Shown here: positions 53,318 through 61,988 of the stretch, one piece after another | How the letters are laid out: every line of letters starts with the position of its first letter | How positions within the stretch are numbered: position 1 is the stretch's first letter | Assembly (NCBI GenBank): GCA_964445745.1 | Contig: CAYULU010000002.1 | Coordinates: forward strand, 5,864-69,863 | Reading direction: 5' to 3' | DNA: 64,000 nucleotides | Source of the DNA: an uncultured bacterium | GTDB taxonomy: Bacteria > Omnitrophota > Omnitrophia > Omnitrophales > Aquincolibacteriaceae | Made by a program: the position numbers and the translations under genes | Notes under the pieces: model-generated | Databases searched by the model: none | What the model saw: only the letters and a program-made list of their open reading frames with translations | What the model was told of the DNA's origin: nothing

Positions 53318-54415
53318 TTAACCTTGGGACATCGTTTGAAGTAAAGGCTCCATCTGCTTGAAAGCCTCTTCAGGCGCCAGGGTTTTCAGACAAGCAATCG
53401 TGGGACAATCGTTTTGGAACCGAAATTTATGATAACAAGGGCGACAAGCAAGATCCTGTTTGAAAAGGGCAATTGCATTTTCAGCCCTTGGATAAGGCCC
53501 GTAAATTTCGGGGGGAACGGGCCCATAAAAAGCCGCAAGAGGAACTTCAAGAGCCCGGGCCAAATGAACCAGACCTCCATCGTTTCCGATAAAAAGCGAA
53601 CTCATTTCCAGAATCGTAGCCGTCTCTGCCAGAGAGGTCTCCCCGGCCAGCATGAACGACGGAATCCTCAAAGAATCTTTAAGCTCCTGACAAAGTTCAA
53701 CCTCGGACTTGGCACCCATGATACAAACCCCTTTGAAACCAACCTTCATCTGTAGACGTCCAATCAGCTCCGCAAAATACTTGACGGGCCATCGTTTAAA
53801 CACAGCCTCCTTTCCCCAGGAATCTCCCCCCCCGGGACTGACGGTAATAAAATTTTCCCCGATTCCGGCAAGCCGGTCTTTTATTTTTATTTCGATTTCT
53901 CTTTTCTCACGGGGTGGGAAGTAATACTCGAGAAACCGGTCACGAACCGGTATTCCGGCAAGTTCCGCAAGCCCCGCATAAAAATCCGCAGCGTGCTGTC
54001 GAGAGTAACCTTCAGGAAGCGGATAACGGATATTATGAAAAATACCGCGACGTTTATAAGCAAACCCTGCACGTTTCGAAATCCCCAGAAAGAAAAACGA
54101 CCAGAAGGCGTTTTCGGGGCGAAGTGAAAAATCGAGGAGGAGATCATACCGTTTGGCACGCAGTTTTAGCCCCAAATCCAGGAGCTCACGGAAATTTTCG
54201 AAACGAGTCTGGCGGCGCAGTTTGTCCTTATCAAGGACAAAAATTTCGTTGACGTGCGGATTGTACTCCACCACTTCTCTTGTCCGGGACCCCAGAAGAA
54301 GATCCACCGTTCCGACTGTGGGGAGCAAGCGTAACGCCCTGAGAACAGGCGTTACAAAAAGCAAATCCCCGATCCCATAAGGATGGACGATTAAAACACT
54401 ACGAATTTCTTTCAT
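53318..54415 (-). CDS. Glycosyltransferase family 9 (LPS heptosyltransferase-like), copy 1
   Basis: 365 aa. N-terminal VLIVHPYGIGDLLFVTPVLRAL and C-terminal GNDGGLVHLA motifs. Contains a G8 tract. Confidence 0.85.
   Translation of the reverse strand: MKEIRSVLIVHPYGIGDLLFVTPVLRALRLLPTVGTVDLLLGSRTREVVEYNPHVNEIFVLDKDKLRRQTRFENFRELLDLGLKLRAKRYDLLLDFSLRPENAFWSFFFLGISKRAGFAYKRRGIFHNIRYPLPEGYSRQHAADFYAGLAELAGIPVRDRFLEYYFPPREKREIEIKIKDRLAGIGENFITVSPGGGDSWGKEAVFKRWPVKYFAELIGRLQMKVGFKGVCIMGAKSEVELCQELKDSLRIPSFMLAGETSLAETATILEMSSLFIGNDGGLVHLARALEVPLAAFYGPVPPEIYGPYPRAENAIALFKQDLACRPCYHKFRFQNDCPTIACLKTLAPEEAFKQMEPLLQTMSQG
53826..53833 (-). repeat. G8 homopolymer inside GT9 copy 1
   Basis: Minus strand ccc ggg ggg gga encodes PGGG. 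Confidence 0.9.
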
Positions 54416-54469
54416 TCAACCTCCCCCCTCCACGAACCCGTTCCCACACCCGGTGTGTTAACAATGCCC

Positions 54470-55522
54470 TTATTGTCCAACCGGGCGGGTCAAGAGATCC
54501 CGTACCGCTGCGTAAACCTCGTCAACGGTAATTTCATCAATGTAAGTAAATTTTCTTTCGTCACAAGGAACCTTAGAAATATCTTTAACCACAATACGGC
54601 CGTTCCGGCCCAGAGGCCGCCAGCGCTTTGGCCCAAGCCCGGGCTCATAACGCCCGAAAATCGACACGACCGGACAACCCACCGCAGACGCAATGTGTAC
54701 CGGCCCGGAATCGTTAGAAATCAGGATGGTGGATTTCTTCAGAAGAGCGGCCAACATTCCGAGAGTCAGTCTGCCCCCCAGGTCCACGATCGGTACATTA
54801 CTTTTTTCTCTGACGCTTTCCACGACCGGCTTGTCTTTGGCAGAGCCGATCGCCATAACAATTCCGTCCATATCTCGCTGAATTCGCGCGGCAAGCTCTG
54901 AAAATTTCTCAGCCGGCCACATTTTCGTCACATCGCTGGCGGAAGGGCTCAGGATAACCCACGGTTTCCCTTGTGGTATTTGGAGATGAAACATCAGATG
55001 GTCAAAGGAGCGTTTCGCGCGATCCGTCACAGGGAAAAAGCTCTCAAGGATCTCAGGTCTGGTAATCCCCAACGGGGTCAGCAAATCAAACAGGTATTCG
55101 GTTTCTTGTTTTTCTCCGAATTTTTTATCATACTGCTTAACATGGGTCAGTGCCCAGGGCGCGCGACGATCATAACCGATGCGCACCGGTATACCCGCTA
55201 ACCATGCGGCAAGATGCATCCGGTTCGTACCATGACAATGGATGACAAGATCAAATTTCTTTTTGCGAATTCGCCCCGCAAATCCGAGCTGCCCCCAAAT
55301 GCTTTTTTCAAGGCCTTGTTTGTCATAAAGGATCACTTCATCAAGAAAAGGATTTCCCTCAACCACCTCTCGATGCCCAATAAAAACAAGCGCCGCAATC
55401 CGGGCCTTTGGAAATTTATCCCGAAGCGCCTTAAAAACGGGGGTCGTAAGCACAAGATCCCCGATCCGGTCGGTCCTTGTCACAAGAATGCTTGGAGAAT
55501 CAGGGAGCGTGATATTCTTCAT
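54470..55522 (-). CDS. Glycosyltransferase family 9, copy 2
   Basis: 350 aa. ILVTRTDRIGDLVLTTPVFKAL and SNDSGPVHIA. Confidence 0.85.
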   Translation of the reverse strand: MKNITLPDSPSILVTRTDRIGDLVLTTPVFKALRDKFPKARIAALVFIGHREVVEGNPFLDEVILYDKQGLEKSIWGQLGFAGRIRKKKFDLVIHCHGTNRMHLAAWLAGIPVRIGYDRRAPWALTHVKQYDKKFGEKQETEYLFDLLTPLGITRPEILESFFPVTDRAKRSFDHLMFHLQIPQGKPWVILSPSASDVTKMWPAEKFSELAARIQRDMDGIVMAIGSAKDKPVVESVREKSNVPIVDLGGRLTLGMLAALLKKSTILISNDSGPVHIASAVGCPVVSIFGRYEPGLGPKRWRPLGRNGRIVVKDISKVPCDERKFTYIDEITVDEVYAAVRDLLTRPVGQ

Positions 55523-56538
55523 AGCTGGCTAGCAGGGGCATCCCGGTTTAAAAGCTCATCGCACAAACAAAGTACTTTCTCGGAAGTCAGGCCGTGGAAA
55601 CAACTGCGTTCGGCATAAGGCAAAAGATGGGAATTACAGTGACACTTTGCAGAGTCTTCCCGTGCGATCCTGAAACTCGGATGAAAATGCCCGTATTTTT
55701 CATGATCCGTCGGACCAAAAATTCCGACCGTGGGGGTTTTTATTTCAAAACCAAGATGCATGATCGCACTGTCATTGGAGACCACTAGCGACGATTTTGA
55801 AACAAGAAAGGCCGTTTCCGACAACGACGTTTCACCCGCCAGGATTTTGACAGAAGCCGGCATCCCTCTGGCAACGACCTCAGCAATCGGACGCTCGTCC
55901 CTTGATCCCATGAGAAAAATGTCCTTGTGGGTTCGTAAAGCAAGGTCCCGCACCACTTCACGAAACAATTCGGGCGGCCACCGTTTGCGTGCACTCGCGG
56001 CCCCGGGCGCGACAAGAATCCATCCTGACTTTTCCTGAACCCCGATTGATCCCAGCTTGGAAGAGATTGAAATCTCATCTGCTAAATTGAAGAATTGAAA
56101 ATTGGGCAACCGGGTATTTTCTGAAAAGAAAGTTTCCTCGCCTTTCGTCCCGTTTTTTATCCCCGCCATCCTTAGCACTTCAAGATGCCGCTCCCGCATG
56201 TTGATCCTTGTGTAAGTGCGGAAAAGCGGGCTCCTTTTGCGGGCAAAAACAAGGAACGGGATCGCCGTGTTGCGAAGATCCACCACCATATCGTAACGAT
56301 CTTTCCAAAGTTCACGCAAGAATGCCCCTTTCCCGAGAAGAGGCGCTTTTTTGTCATAGACGATAATCCGCGAAATATCACCGCTTTTCTCAAGCACGGG
56401 CTTCGCCTTGGGCCCAACCACCACTGTCATTTTTGCGGCAGGAAATTTTAGGCGAAGCGCCACCATCACCGGTGTCGTCAATATTACATCGCCGATATTA
56501 CTCAATGTCACAACGAGGATACTCCTGGGATTCTTCAT
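55519..56538 (-). CDS. Glycosyltransferase family 9, copy 3
   Basis: 339 aa. ILVVTLSNIGDVILTTPVMVAL and SNDSAIMHLG. 4-nt overlaps on both sides. Confidence 0.85.
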   Translation of the reverse strand: MKNPRSILVVTLSNIGDVILTTPVMVALRLKFPAAKMTVVVGPKAKPVLEKSGDISRIIVYDKKAPLLGKGAFLRELWKDRYDMVVDLRNTAIPFLVFARKRSPLFRTYTRINMRERHLEVLRMAGIKNGTKGEETFFSENTRLPNFQFFNLADEISISSKLGSIGVQEKSGWILVAPGAASARKRWPPELFREVVRDLALRTHKDIFLMGSRDERPIAEVVARGMPASVKILAGETSLSETAFLVSKSSLVVSNDSAIMHLGFEIKTPTVGIFGPTDHEKYGHFHPSFRIAREDSAKCHCNSHLLPYAERSCFHGLTSEKVLCLCDELLNRDAPASQL

Positions 56539-57602
56539 AAATTTTGCCTCGATCGAGGTGGAAACGCACCCAGTTGATCCACGGCTTCAAACACTTCCTC
56601 GGGGGTTATTTTTGAAAGCCAGCCCTCTTCGGGAAGTTCTTCCCCAAAAAACGGTACAGAATACCCGGAGGGGACATACTGGAGGACTCTATCTTCCCCA
56701 ATTCCGCGGGGCCCGGTCAACCGGGGATCGGTGGGACCAAAAAGAGCCACGACTCGCGCACCGGCACCTGAGGCCATATGCATCGGACCGGAGTCACCTG
56801 TGACCAGGCACGTGGCATTTTTATAAATCCAGGCGGAAATCCGAAGGGCCGTTTTTCCGACAAGATCCACGACTGCAGAATCGAGCCCCCGGTCTCCTAT
56901 CAAACGTCCGATTTCGGCTCGGAAGGATTCAAACAGAGTCCGATCCCCCACCGATCCTGTGACCACGATGGGAATACCCCACTCCCCGTAAATTTTAACG
57001 GCAAGCTTTGCAAAGTGAGACACGGGCCATCGCTTGGGTTCCCAATTCGCCCCTAGATGGAAGCAGATGTATCTCGCCCCTTTCGCAAGACCTTCCTGAC
57101 TCAGCATTTTGAGCGCCTGGACTTCATCTTCTTCTCGAAAATAGAAACGGTATTTCGGGCAGATAGGGATCTGGTAACCAGCACCTTTCATAAGCTCCAT
57201 AAAATAATCAAGTTGATGAAGTTTCTCCAGCGGTTCCTTGACCGATTCTGTCAAAAAAAACTTTCTCCCTCGTCCAAACCCAATTCGATTTTTGACGCCC
57301 GCAAGCCAAAGGAGAGCGGCGCGAGACCGGGAACGGTGAAAAAGATAACCTTCTTGCCAGGGGCCCAGTTTTCTCAGATGAAAAACAAACCCGATCCGGT
57401 GGAACCAAAACCGGTGCGTGGATTTTTCATCAAATGCGATAAAACCCGAAACCGCCGGATTCGCCTCCAGAATTTCCCGGCACCGTTCCGGAGCTACGCA
57501 AAAAATTTCTGCGGAAGGATATTTTTGTTTGATCAGATCAAGCGCCGGCATCTGAAACAAAAGGTCGCCCAGCCAGTTTTTCATCACGACTAGTATTTTC
57601 AT
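56535..57602 (-). CDS. Glycosyltransferase family 9, copy 4
   Basis: 355 aa. ILVVMKNWLGDLLFQMPALDLI and TGDSGPMHMA. Confidence 0.85.
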   Translation of the reverse strand: MKILVVMKNWLGDLLFQMPALDLIKQKYPSAEIFCVAPERCREILEANPAVSGFIAFDEKSTHRFWFHRIGFVFHLRKLGPWQEGYLFHRSRSRAALLWLAGVKNRIGFGRGRKFFLTESVKEPLEKLHQLDYFMELMKGAGYQIPICPKYRFYFREEDEVQALKMLSQEGLAKGARYICFHLGANWEPKRWPVSHFAKLAVKIYGEWGIPIVVTGSVGDRTLFESFRAEIGRLIGDRGLDSAVVDLVGKTALRISAWIYKNATCLVTGDSGPMHMASGAGARVVALFGPTDPRLTGPRGIGEDRVLQYVPSGYSVPFFGEELPEEGWLSKITPEEVFEAVDQLGAFPPRSRQNL

Positions 57603-57693
57603 AAATTCAACCGATTCCCCGCGGAAAGATTGAACACGCTTTTAAAAACCGGAATCATTGAGACCGAAACAATCCCTCTCTTGCTTTCACTTT

Positions 57694-59790
57694 TCACAAA
57701 TCCAAAAACCTCTGGGCCGCGTCAAAAACCTCATCCACTGAAACATGATTCAGACAGCCCATCCTTTCTTTTTCCTTACACTCTCCCTGATAACACGGTT
57801 GGCAGGGTAAATTTTTTATGAAAATTGCAATTTTTTTGGATGGCGGCACGTGGCGTTTTGGATCTGTCGGGCCAAAAATCGCGGCCGTCGGAACATGCAT
57901 GGCCGCCGCGACATGAAGTAACGCTGTATCTCCGGAAACCACAAAATGAAGTTTTTGAAAAAAAGCGGGGAGATCTTCAAGGGCCGTCTTTCCGATCAGA
58001 TTCACAACACGATCCGGATCAAAATCACGAAAGACATCCGCCAGCCCTTCCTCCCCAGGCGAACCCAACAGAAGAATCCTTGCGTCATAATGATTAAAAA
58101 TTTTTTCCGCGAGTTTTTTAAAAAAATGTGGATTCCATCGTTTGGTCGGCCATTTCGGACTCGACCCCATAACAAATCCGATCATCCGGGTATCCGCCTT
58201 GAGATCCAGGGCAAGAAGCGTTTGTTCCGCTTTTTCAATCTGCTCTTTCCTGGGCCACAACTCAAGCTCATCCTCAAAGTCCTGAACACCCGCTTTGGCA
58301 AGCACCCGGAACTGGTGACGGACCGGAGTATCAGCGAGCTCAAACGTCTTGTCGGGCCGATTAAGAAGTCCTCCCCAGAACCCTCTCGCAAATCCGCATC
58401 GCTGAACCACCCCCCCCAGATAAGCCAAGAGATGGGTATACTTGTTGTTGTGGAGATCCACCGACACATCAAAATTCTCCTGCCGGATTCGTCGCGCGGT
58501 CTTGAGCAGATAGAGCGGGTTCCCGAGTTTTTTTCTGTCGACCAAAATGAGATCATCCAGATAAGGACAGTTCGAGATGATGGGCGCAAGTTTCTTATCC
58601 ACCAAAATCGAAATCGAAGAATTCGGGTATCGGTTTTTGAGCATTCTCAAACTCGGCACCACCAAAACCAGATCCCCCATGGCTCCAAGCTTGATCACAA
58701 GTATCCTTTTTTTCTTCCGTACCTCTTGGTACACCTCCAGCGTTTTTCTGACCATCTGCTCAACATTGAATTTTTCTTCAATCTTTTTCCGAAGCGCGAT
58801 CGCATACTCCTTCGCCCGCGAGCGATCCGTAAGCATCGCATACATCGCTTCTGCCATTGCCGGGATATTCTTCGGGGGGAACAGATAACCATGCCGGCCA
58901 TGATCAATAATATCGGGGACACCCCCCAGCCACGTCGCGGCCACGGGGGTTCCGACCGCCCCGGCTTCGATAATCACTCTCCCAAACGGCTCCGGCAAGG
59001 TGGAAGAAAGAACGAGAAGGTCCGACTCGGCAAGGAGCCCCGGAATATTTCGCGACGGCCCAAGCACCTTCACACAAGCATCGAGCCCAAACTGTTCAAT
59101 CGTTTGATGGATCAATTTCGTATACTGGGTCCTGCCCCGATTTTCTGCGCCGACAATTAAAACTTCAAAATTGGGAAACCGGCTTCTCAAAAGGTGCACC
59201 GCCTTGAGAAATTCCACCTGTCCTTTATTCGGCGAAAAACGTCCGACGTGAATGATCCGGAACCGTTTAGGTTTTTCTTCAAACCGTTTCAAAGAAAAAA
59301 CAAACTGGGACAGATCGACACCTCGGGGAATCAGCCGGATCCGGTCTTGAGGCACTCGAAACTCGTCAATCATCCTTCGTCCGATCGCATTGGAGATGAC
59401 AATCACACGCTTTCCGTACCCCATCACAAAACTCATCGGATGAACGGAATAATGTCCATGACAAGTGGTAATAAAAGGGATCCCCGTTTTCCGAGAGGCT
59501 AGCCATCCAATCCAGGCGGGGACCCGGCTTCGGGCATGAATAATATCGATCCGTTCCCGCTCAATGATTTTCACAAGTTGATCAACCAGCAATAAAGAGA
59601 CGATCGACTTTTGATGAACCGGGAGTCCGTAATGAGGAACTCCCATGCGCTGGAGTTCGGCGACCAAGACCCCGCCGGAAGAAACAACGACGGTCTCATG
59701 CCCTTCCCCTTTTAAAGCGCGGGCCATATCCACCACCCCGCGTTCTACACCACCGATCTCAAGCGCCGGTAGCAATTGAAGTATTTTCAT
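57694..59790 (-). CDS. Fusion protein: GT4 glycosyltransferase (aa 1-~360, nt 58711-59790) + GT9 heptosyltransferase-like domain (aa ~361-698, nt 57694-58710)
   Basis: N-terminal half: KILQLLPALEIGGVERGV and EPFGRVIIEAGAVGTPV (GT4 E-x7-E region). C-terminal half: ILVIKLGAMGDLVLVVPSLRML and SGDTALLHVA (GT9). Confidence 0.85.
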   Translation of the reverse strand: MKILQLLPALEIGGVERGVVDMARALKGEGHETVVVSSGGVLVAELQRMGVPHYGLPVHQKSIVSLLLVDQLVKIIERERIDIIHARSRVPAWIGWLASRKTGIPFITTCHGHYSVHPMSFVMGYGKRVIVISNAIGRRMIDEFRVPQDRIRLIPRGVDLSQFVFSLKRFEEKPKRFRIIHVGRFSPNKGQVEFLKAVHLLRSRFPNFEVLIVGAENRGRTQYTKLIHQTIEQFGLDACVKVLGPSRNIPGLLAESDLLVLSSTLPEPFGRVIIEAGAVGTPVAATWLGGVPDIIDHGRHGYLFPPKNIPAMAEAMYAMLTDRSRAKEYAIALRKKIEEKFNVEQMVRKTLEVYQEVRKKKRILVIKLGAMGDLVLVVPSLRMLKNRYPNSSISILVDKKLAPIISNCPYLDDLILVDRKKLGNPLYLLKTARRIRQENFDVSVDLHNNKYTHLLAYLGGVVQRCGFARGFWGGLLNRPDKTFELADTPVRHQFRVLAKAGVQDFEDELELWPRKEQIEKAEQTLLALDLKADTRMIGFVMGSSPKWPTKRWNPHFFKKLAEKIFNHYDARILLLGSPGEEGLADVFRDFDPDRVVNLIGKTALEDLPAFFQKLHFVVSGDTALLHVAAAMHVPTAAIFGPTDPKRHVPPSKKIAIFIKNLPCQPCYQGECKEKERMGCLNHVSVDEVFDAAQRFLDL
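58410..58417 (-). repeat. G8 homopolymer inside the GT9 half of the GT4-GT9 fusion
   Basis: Minus strand ctg ggg ggg gtg encodes LGGV. Confidence 0.9.
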
Positions 59791-60038
59791 ACCATGATCT
59801 CTGAATCCATGTTGTCTGTTTCTAGGTTCACTTAAAGAGAATCAACCGTCCCTCGCAATGTTAAACTGAAAATCCAGGAGCTCCCCGACACAAAATCATA
59901 AATATAAGTGACCCCTCGGGTTTTTTTTTCCGAGGGAGTCGTCCTGTCTACGACCCAGAGGGTCTTCAGACCCGTTGGGGCGAAATCGAAAGATCTCATT
60001 AAGGAGACTCTTCGATACCGCACCCCTTCGTTCTTATT

Positions 60039-61988
60039 TTATAACAGAGATCCGAGTTTCTGTAAAAGTGAGTTTCGCTCACGATCCAGCATGGGGGGCA
60101 CTTCTTTTTTTATGAGTTCAACCACAGTTTTATCCAGATCTTCAAGGCCGCTCATCGTGACGAGACCCCGTTGAATCAGAACTTGATGAAACCGGTAATG
60201 TTTGGCCGGAAGTTCACCCTCTCCAAGGTGCAGGACAATCACTTTTTTTTCTGCCCCCACCGCTTCGGAAATCATCGCAAGGCTGTCTTCCGTCACAATC
60301 ACAAGATCCGCGAGCTGCATCATCCCCCCCGCGGCAAAGGGTGGATTGTCTTCATTCGCAATCACAAGGTAACGGCAGGCGGGATCCTGGGCAAGCACGC
60401 TTTTAAGAAACTGTTCAATCATTCGACTCGTTCGCCGGGAAGTCGTCAGCATGTACTCGGTAGATTTCCGGCAAATCCGCTTGAGGATCATGGCAATCTT
60501 TTCCGCGTCCGGAACCGTAATATCAAATCCGCGGGTTTTGCCACCGAGGAACACGGCAATCCTTACCTTTTCTGTTTCTCCGATCTGGGTCCTGAGGATC
60601 GCCGCGTCCCCCGAGCGGTCAGGGGCCCGGTATCCGCTCGGCATAATGACGCACCGCATGGAATTTTTGGGAAGGATCCCGCCATCGTGAGCAGGAACCA
60701 CGGCCAGATCATAGGTCATCAAGGAATATGGAAACGGAGGTTTCATAATGACAACGGTTTTTGCTCCGGTTTCCCTCGCGAGAATCTGCTGAACGGGGGC
60801 CAGACCGGAACCTGCCGCAATGATGAAATCGGCAGTCACATTTTCAACCGCCTGATGACATTCCGGTTTTAAAAATATCCAGAGCCATTCGATTCGCCCC
60901 TGGATCCAAGGCTTCAGGAATGGTGCCATCAAAAAGAGAAGAACGCGATGGATAGAAGACCGGTATTCAATATGAATTTTTTCAGTTTGGAATTCGAGCC
61001 CCGCCCTGCCGTGAAACTCCGTGAGAGAGGACATCATCTCTGCGACGACATCCGATTGCTTAAAATGCCCGGCCTTTCCATCCGAAAGAATCACGATTTT
61101 CCGGGACCAGCTGTATTTCCATCTTTTGTTCTCCCAAAGCCACTGCCCTGGATACCGGCTAATAAAATGCTCCAGGGAATCAAGGTACTGGCGCGCCAGT
61201 AATCGCACTCTGGATTCAGTATCTGCGGAAGGGTCATCCCGAAGTGTTTCCTCAACAAAAATTTCATGATGCGACCGATTGGTTCGGACCATATACGAAG
61301 GCATCAACAGTGAGTCAGTCCGGATCGCAAGTTCAAAAGCACCGGTCGGAACCGAAGTCTTCTTCCCGAAAAAAGGAAGGATCATGCCTTCCATTTTTCC
61401 GGCAGACTGATCCCCGAGAACACCGATCAGTTTTTTCTCCCGGAGCGCCTTGATCAAGGCGCGGACTCCAACCCCACGGCCAACGGCCACCGATCCATGT
61501 GTCTCACGAAGTTGGTTAAGAAGCTCGTTCACTTTCGGAAATTTCTGGTCACGGGCAAGTACATAAATGGGCGTCCCGCGTAAACCGGCCACAACCTGGA
61601 GAAGTTCCCAGTTACCAAAGTGTCCCGTGAGAAGCACGCCGCCTCGCCCTGATTTTAAAAGGCCCTCAAACCGCTCCAGATGGTGAATTTTGATATGATC
61701 TTCAATGTGCTTGGAAGTCAGTTTCGGGAAACTCATCACCTCCACGATATTCTGTCCGATATGCCCATAGTGATCCCGAACCGCTTTCCATCGTTGTCGG
61801 GGAGTCAGTTGGGTCCCCAAGGTGTTTTTGAGATTAATGTAGGCTACCCGCCGTTTTTTCGAAAAATAAAAAACAACTTTTCCGATTGCGTCACCGATCC
61901 CTAGGCTTGTTTCGATCGAGATTTTCCCGAAAAGAAAAATCAGGAAGCGTGCCGCCCCGTAAGCGATCAGGTCGAGAATTCTTTCCAT
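60039..61988 (-). CDS. Fusion protein: LpxL-type lipid A acyltransferase (nt 61104-61988) + ELM1/DUF1022-like predicted glycosyltransferase domain (nt 60039-61103)
   Basis: N-terminal half: LTGHFGNWELL and an LpxL-like fold length. C-terminal half: ILSDGKAGH..Q, AAGSG.AP, DL.VVPAHD, FLGGKT.GF, TTSRRT, VTEDSLAMISEA (ELM1/DUF1022 pattern). Confidence 0.75.
   Translation of the reverse strand: MERILDLIAYGAARFLIFLFGKISIETSLGIGDAIGKVVFYFSKKRRVAYINLKNTLGTQLTPRQRWKAVRDHYGHIGQNIVEVMSFPKLTSKHIEDHIKIHHLERFEGLLKSGRGGVLLTGHFGNWELLQVVAGLRGTPIYVLARDQKFPKVNELLNQLRETHGSVAVGRGVGVRALIKALREKKLIGVLGDQSAGKMEGMILPFFGKKTSVPTGAFELAIRTDSLLMPSYMVRTNRSHHEIFVEETLRDDPSADTESRVRLLARQYLDSLEHFISRYPGQWLWENKRWKYSWSRKIVILSDGKAGHFKQSDVVAEMMSSLTEFHGRAGLEFQTEKIHIEYRSSIHRVLLFLMAPFLKPWIQGRIEWLWIFLKPECHQAVENVTADFIIAAGSGLAPVQQILARETGAKTVVIMKPPFPYSLMTYDLAVVPAHDGGILPKNSMRCVIMPSGYRAPDRSGDAAILRTQIGETEKVRIAVFLGGKTRGFDITVPDAEKIAMILKRICRKSTEYMLTTSRRTSRMIEQFLKSVLAQDPACRYLVIANEDNPPFAAGGMMQLADLVIVTEDSLAMISEAVGAEKKVIVLHLGEGELPAKHYRFHQVLIQRGLVTMSGLEDLDKTVVELIKKEVPPMLDRERNSLLQKLGSLL

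Noticed and set aside
57946-59160. A 404-aa plus-strand ORF, along with other long antisense ORFs (52243-53001, 37067-37792, 27761-28456, 24113-24775, 22347-22982, 36007-36648, 20331-20945, 60171-60872)
   Set aside because: All lie antisense to confidently identified minus-strand genes. They have low-complexity, R/K/F/P-rich translations with no recognisable motifs. They are typical shadow ORFs.
59832-60023. A 63-aa minus-strand ORF in the lpxL-ELM1 / GT4-GT9 spacer
   Set aside because: It overlaps the hairpin-rich region, has no RBS and has an implausible composition. It is more likely non-coding structured sequence.
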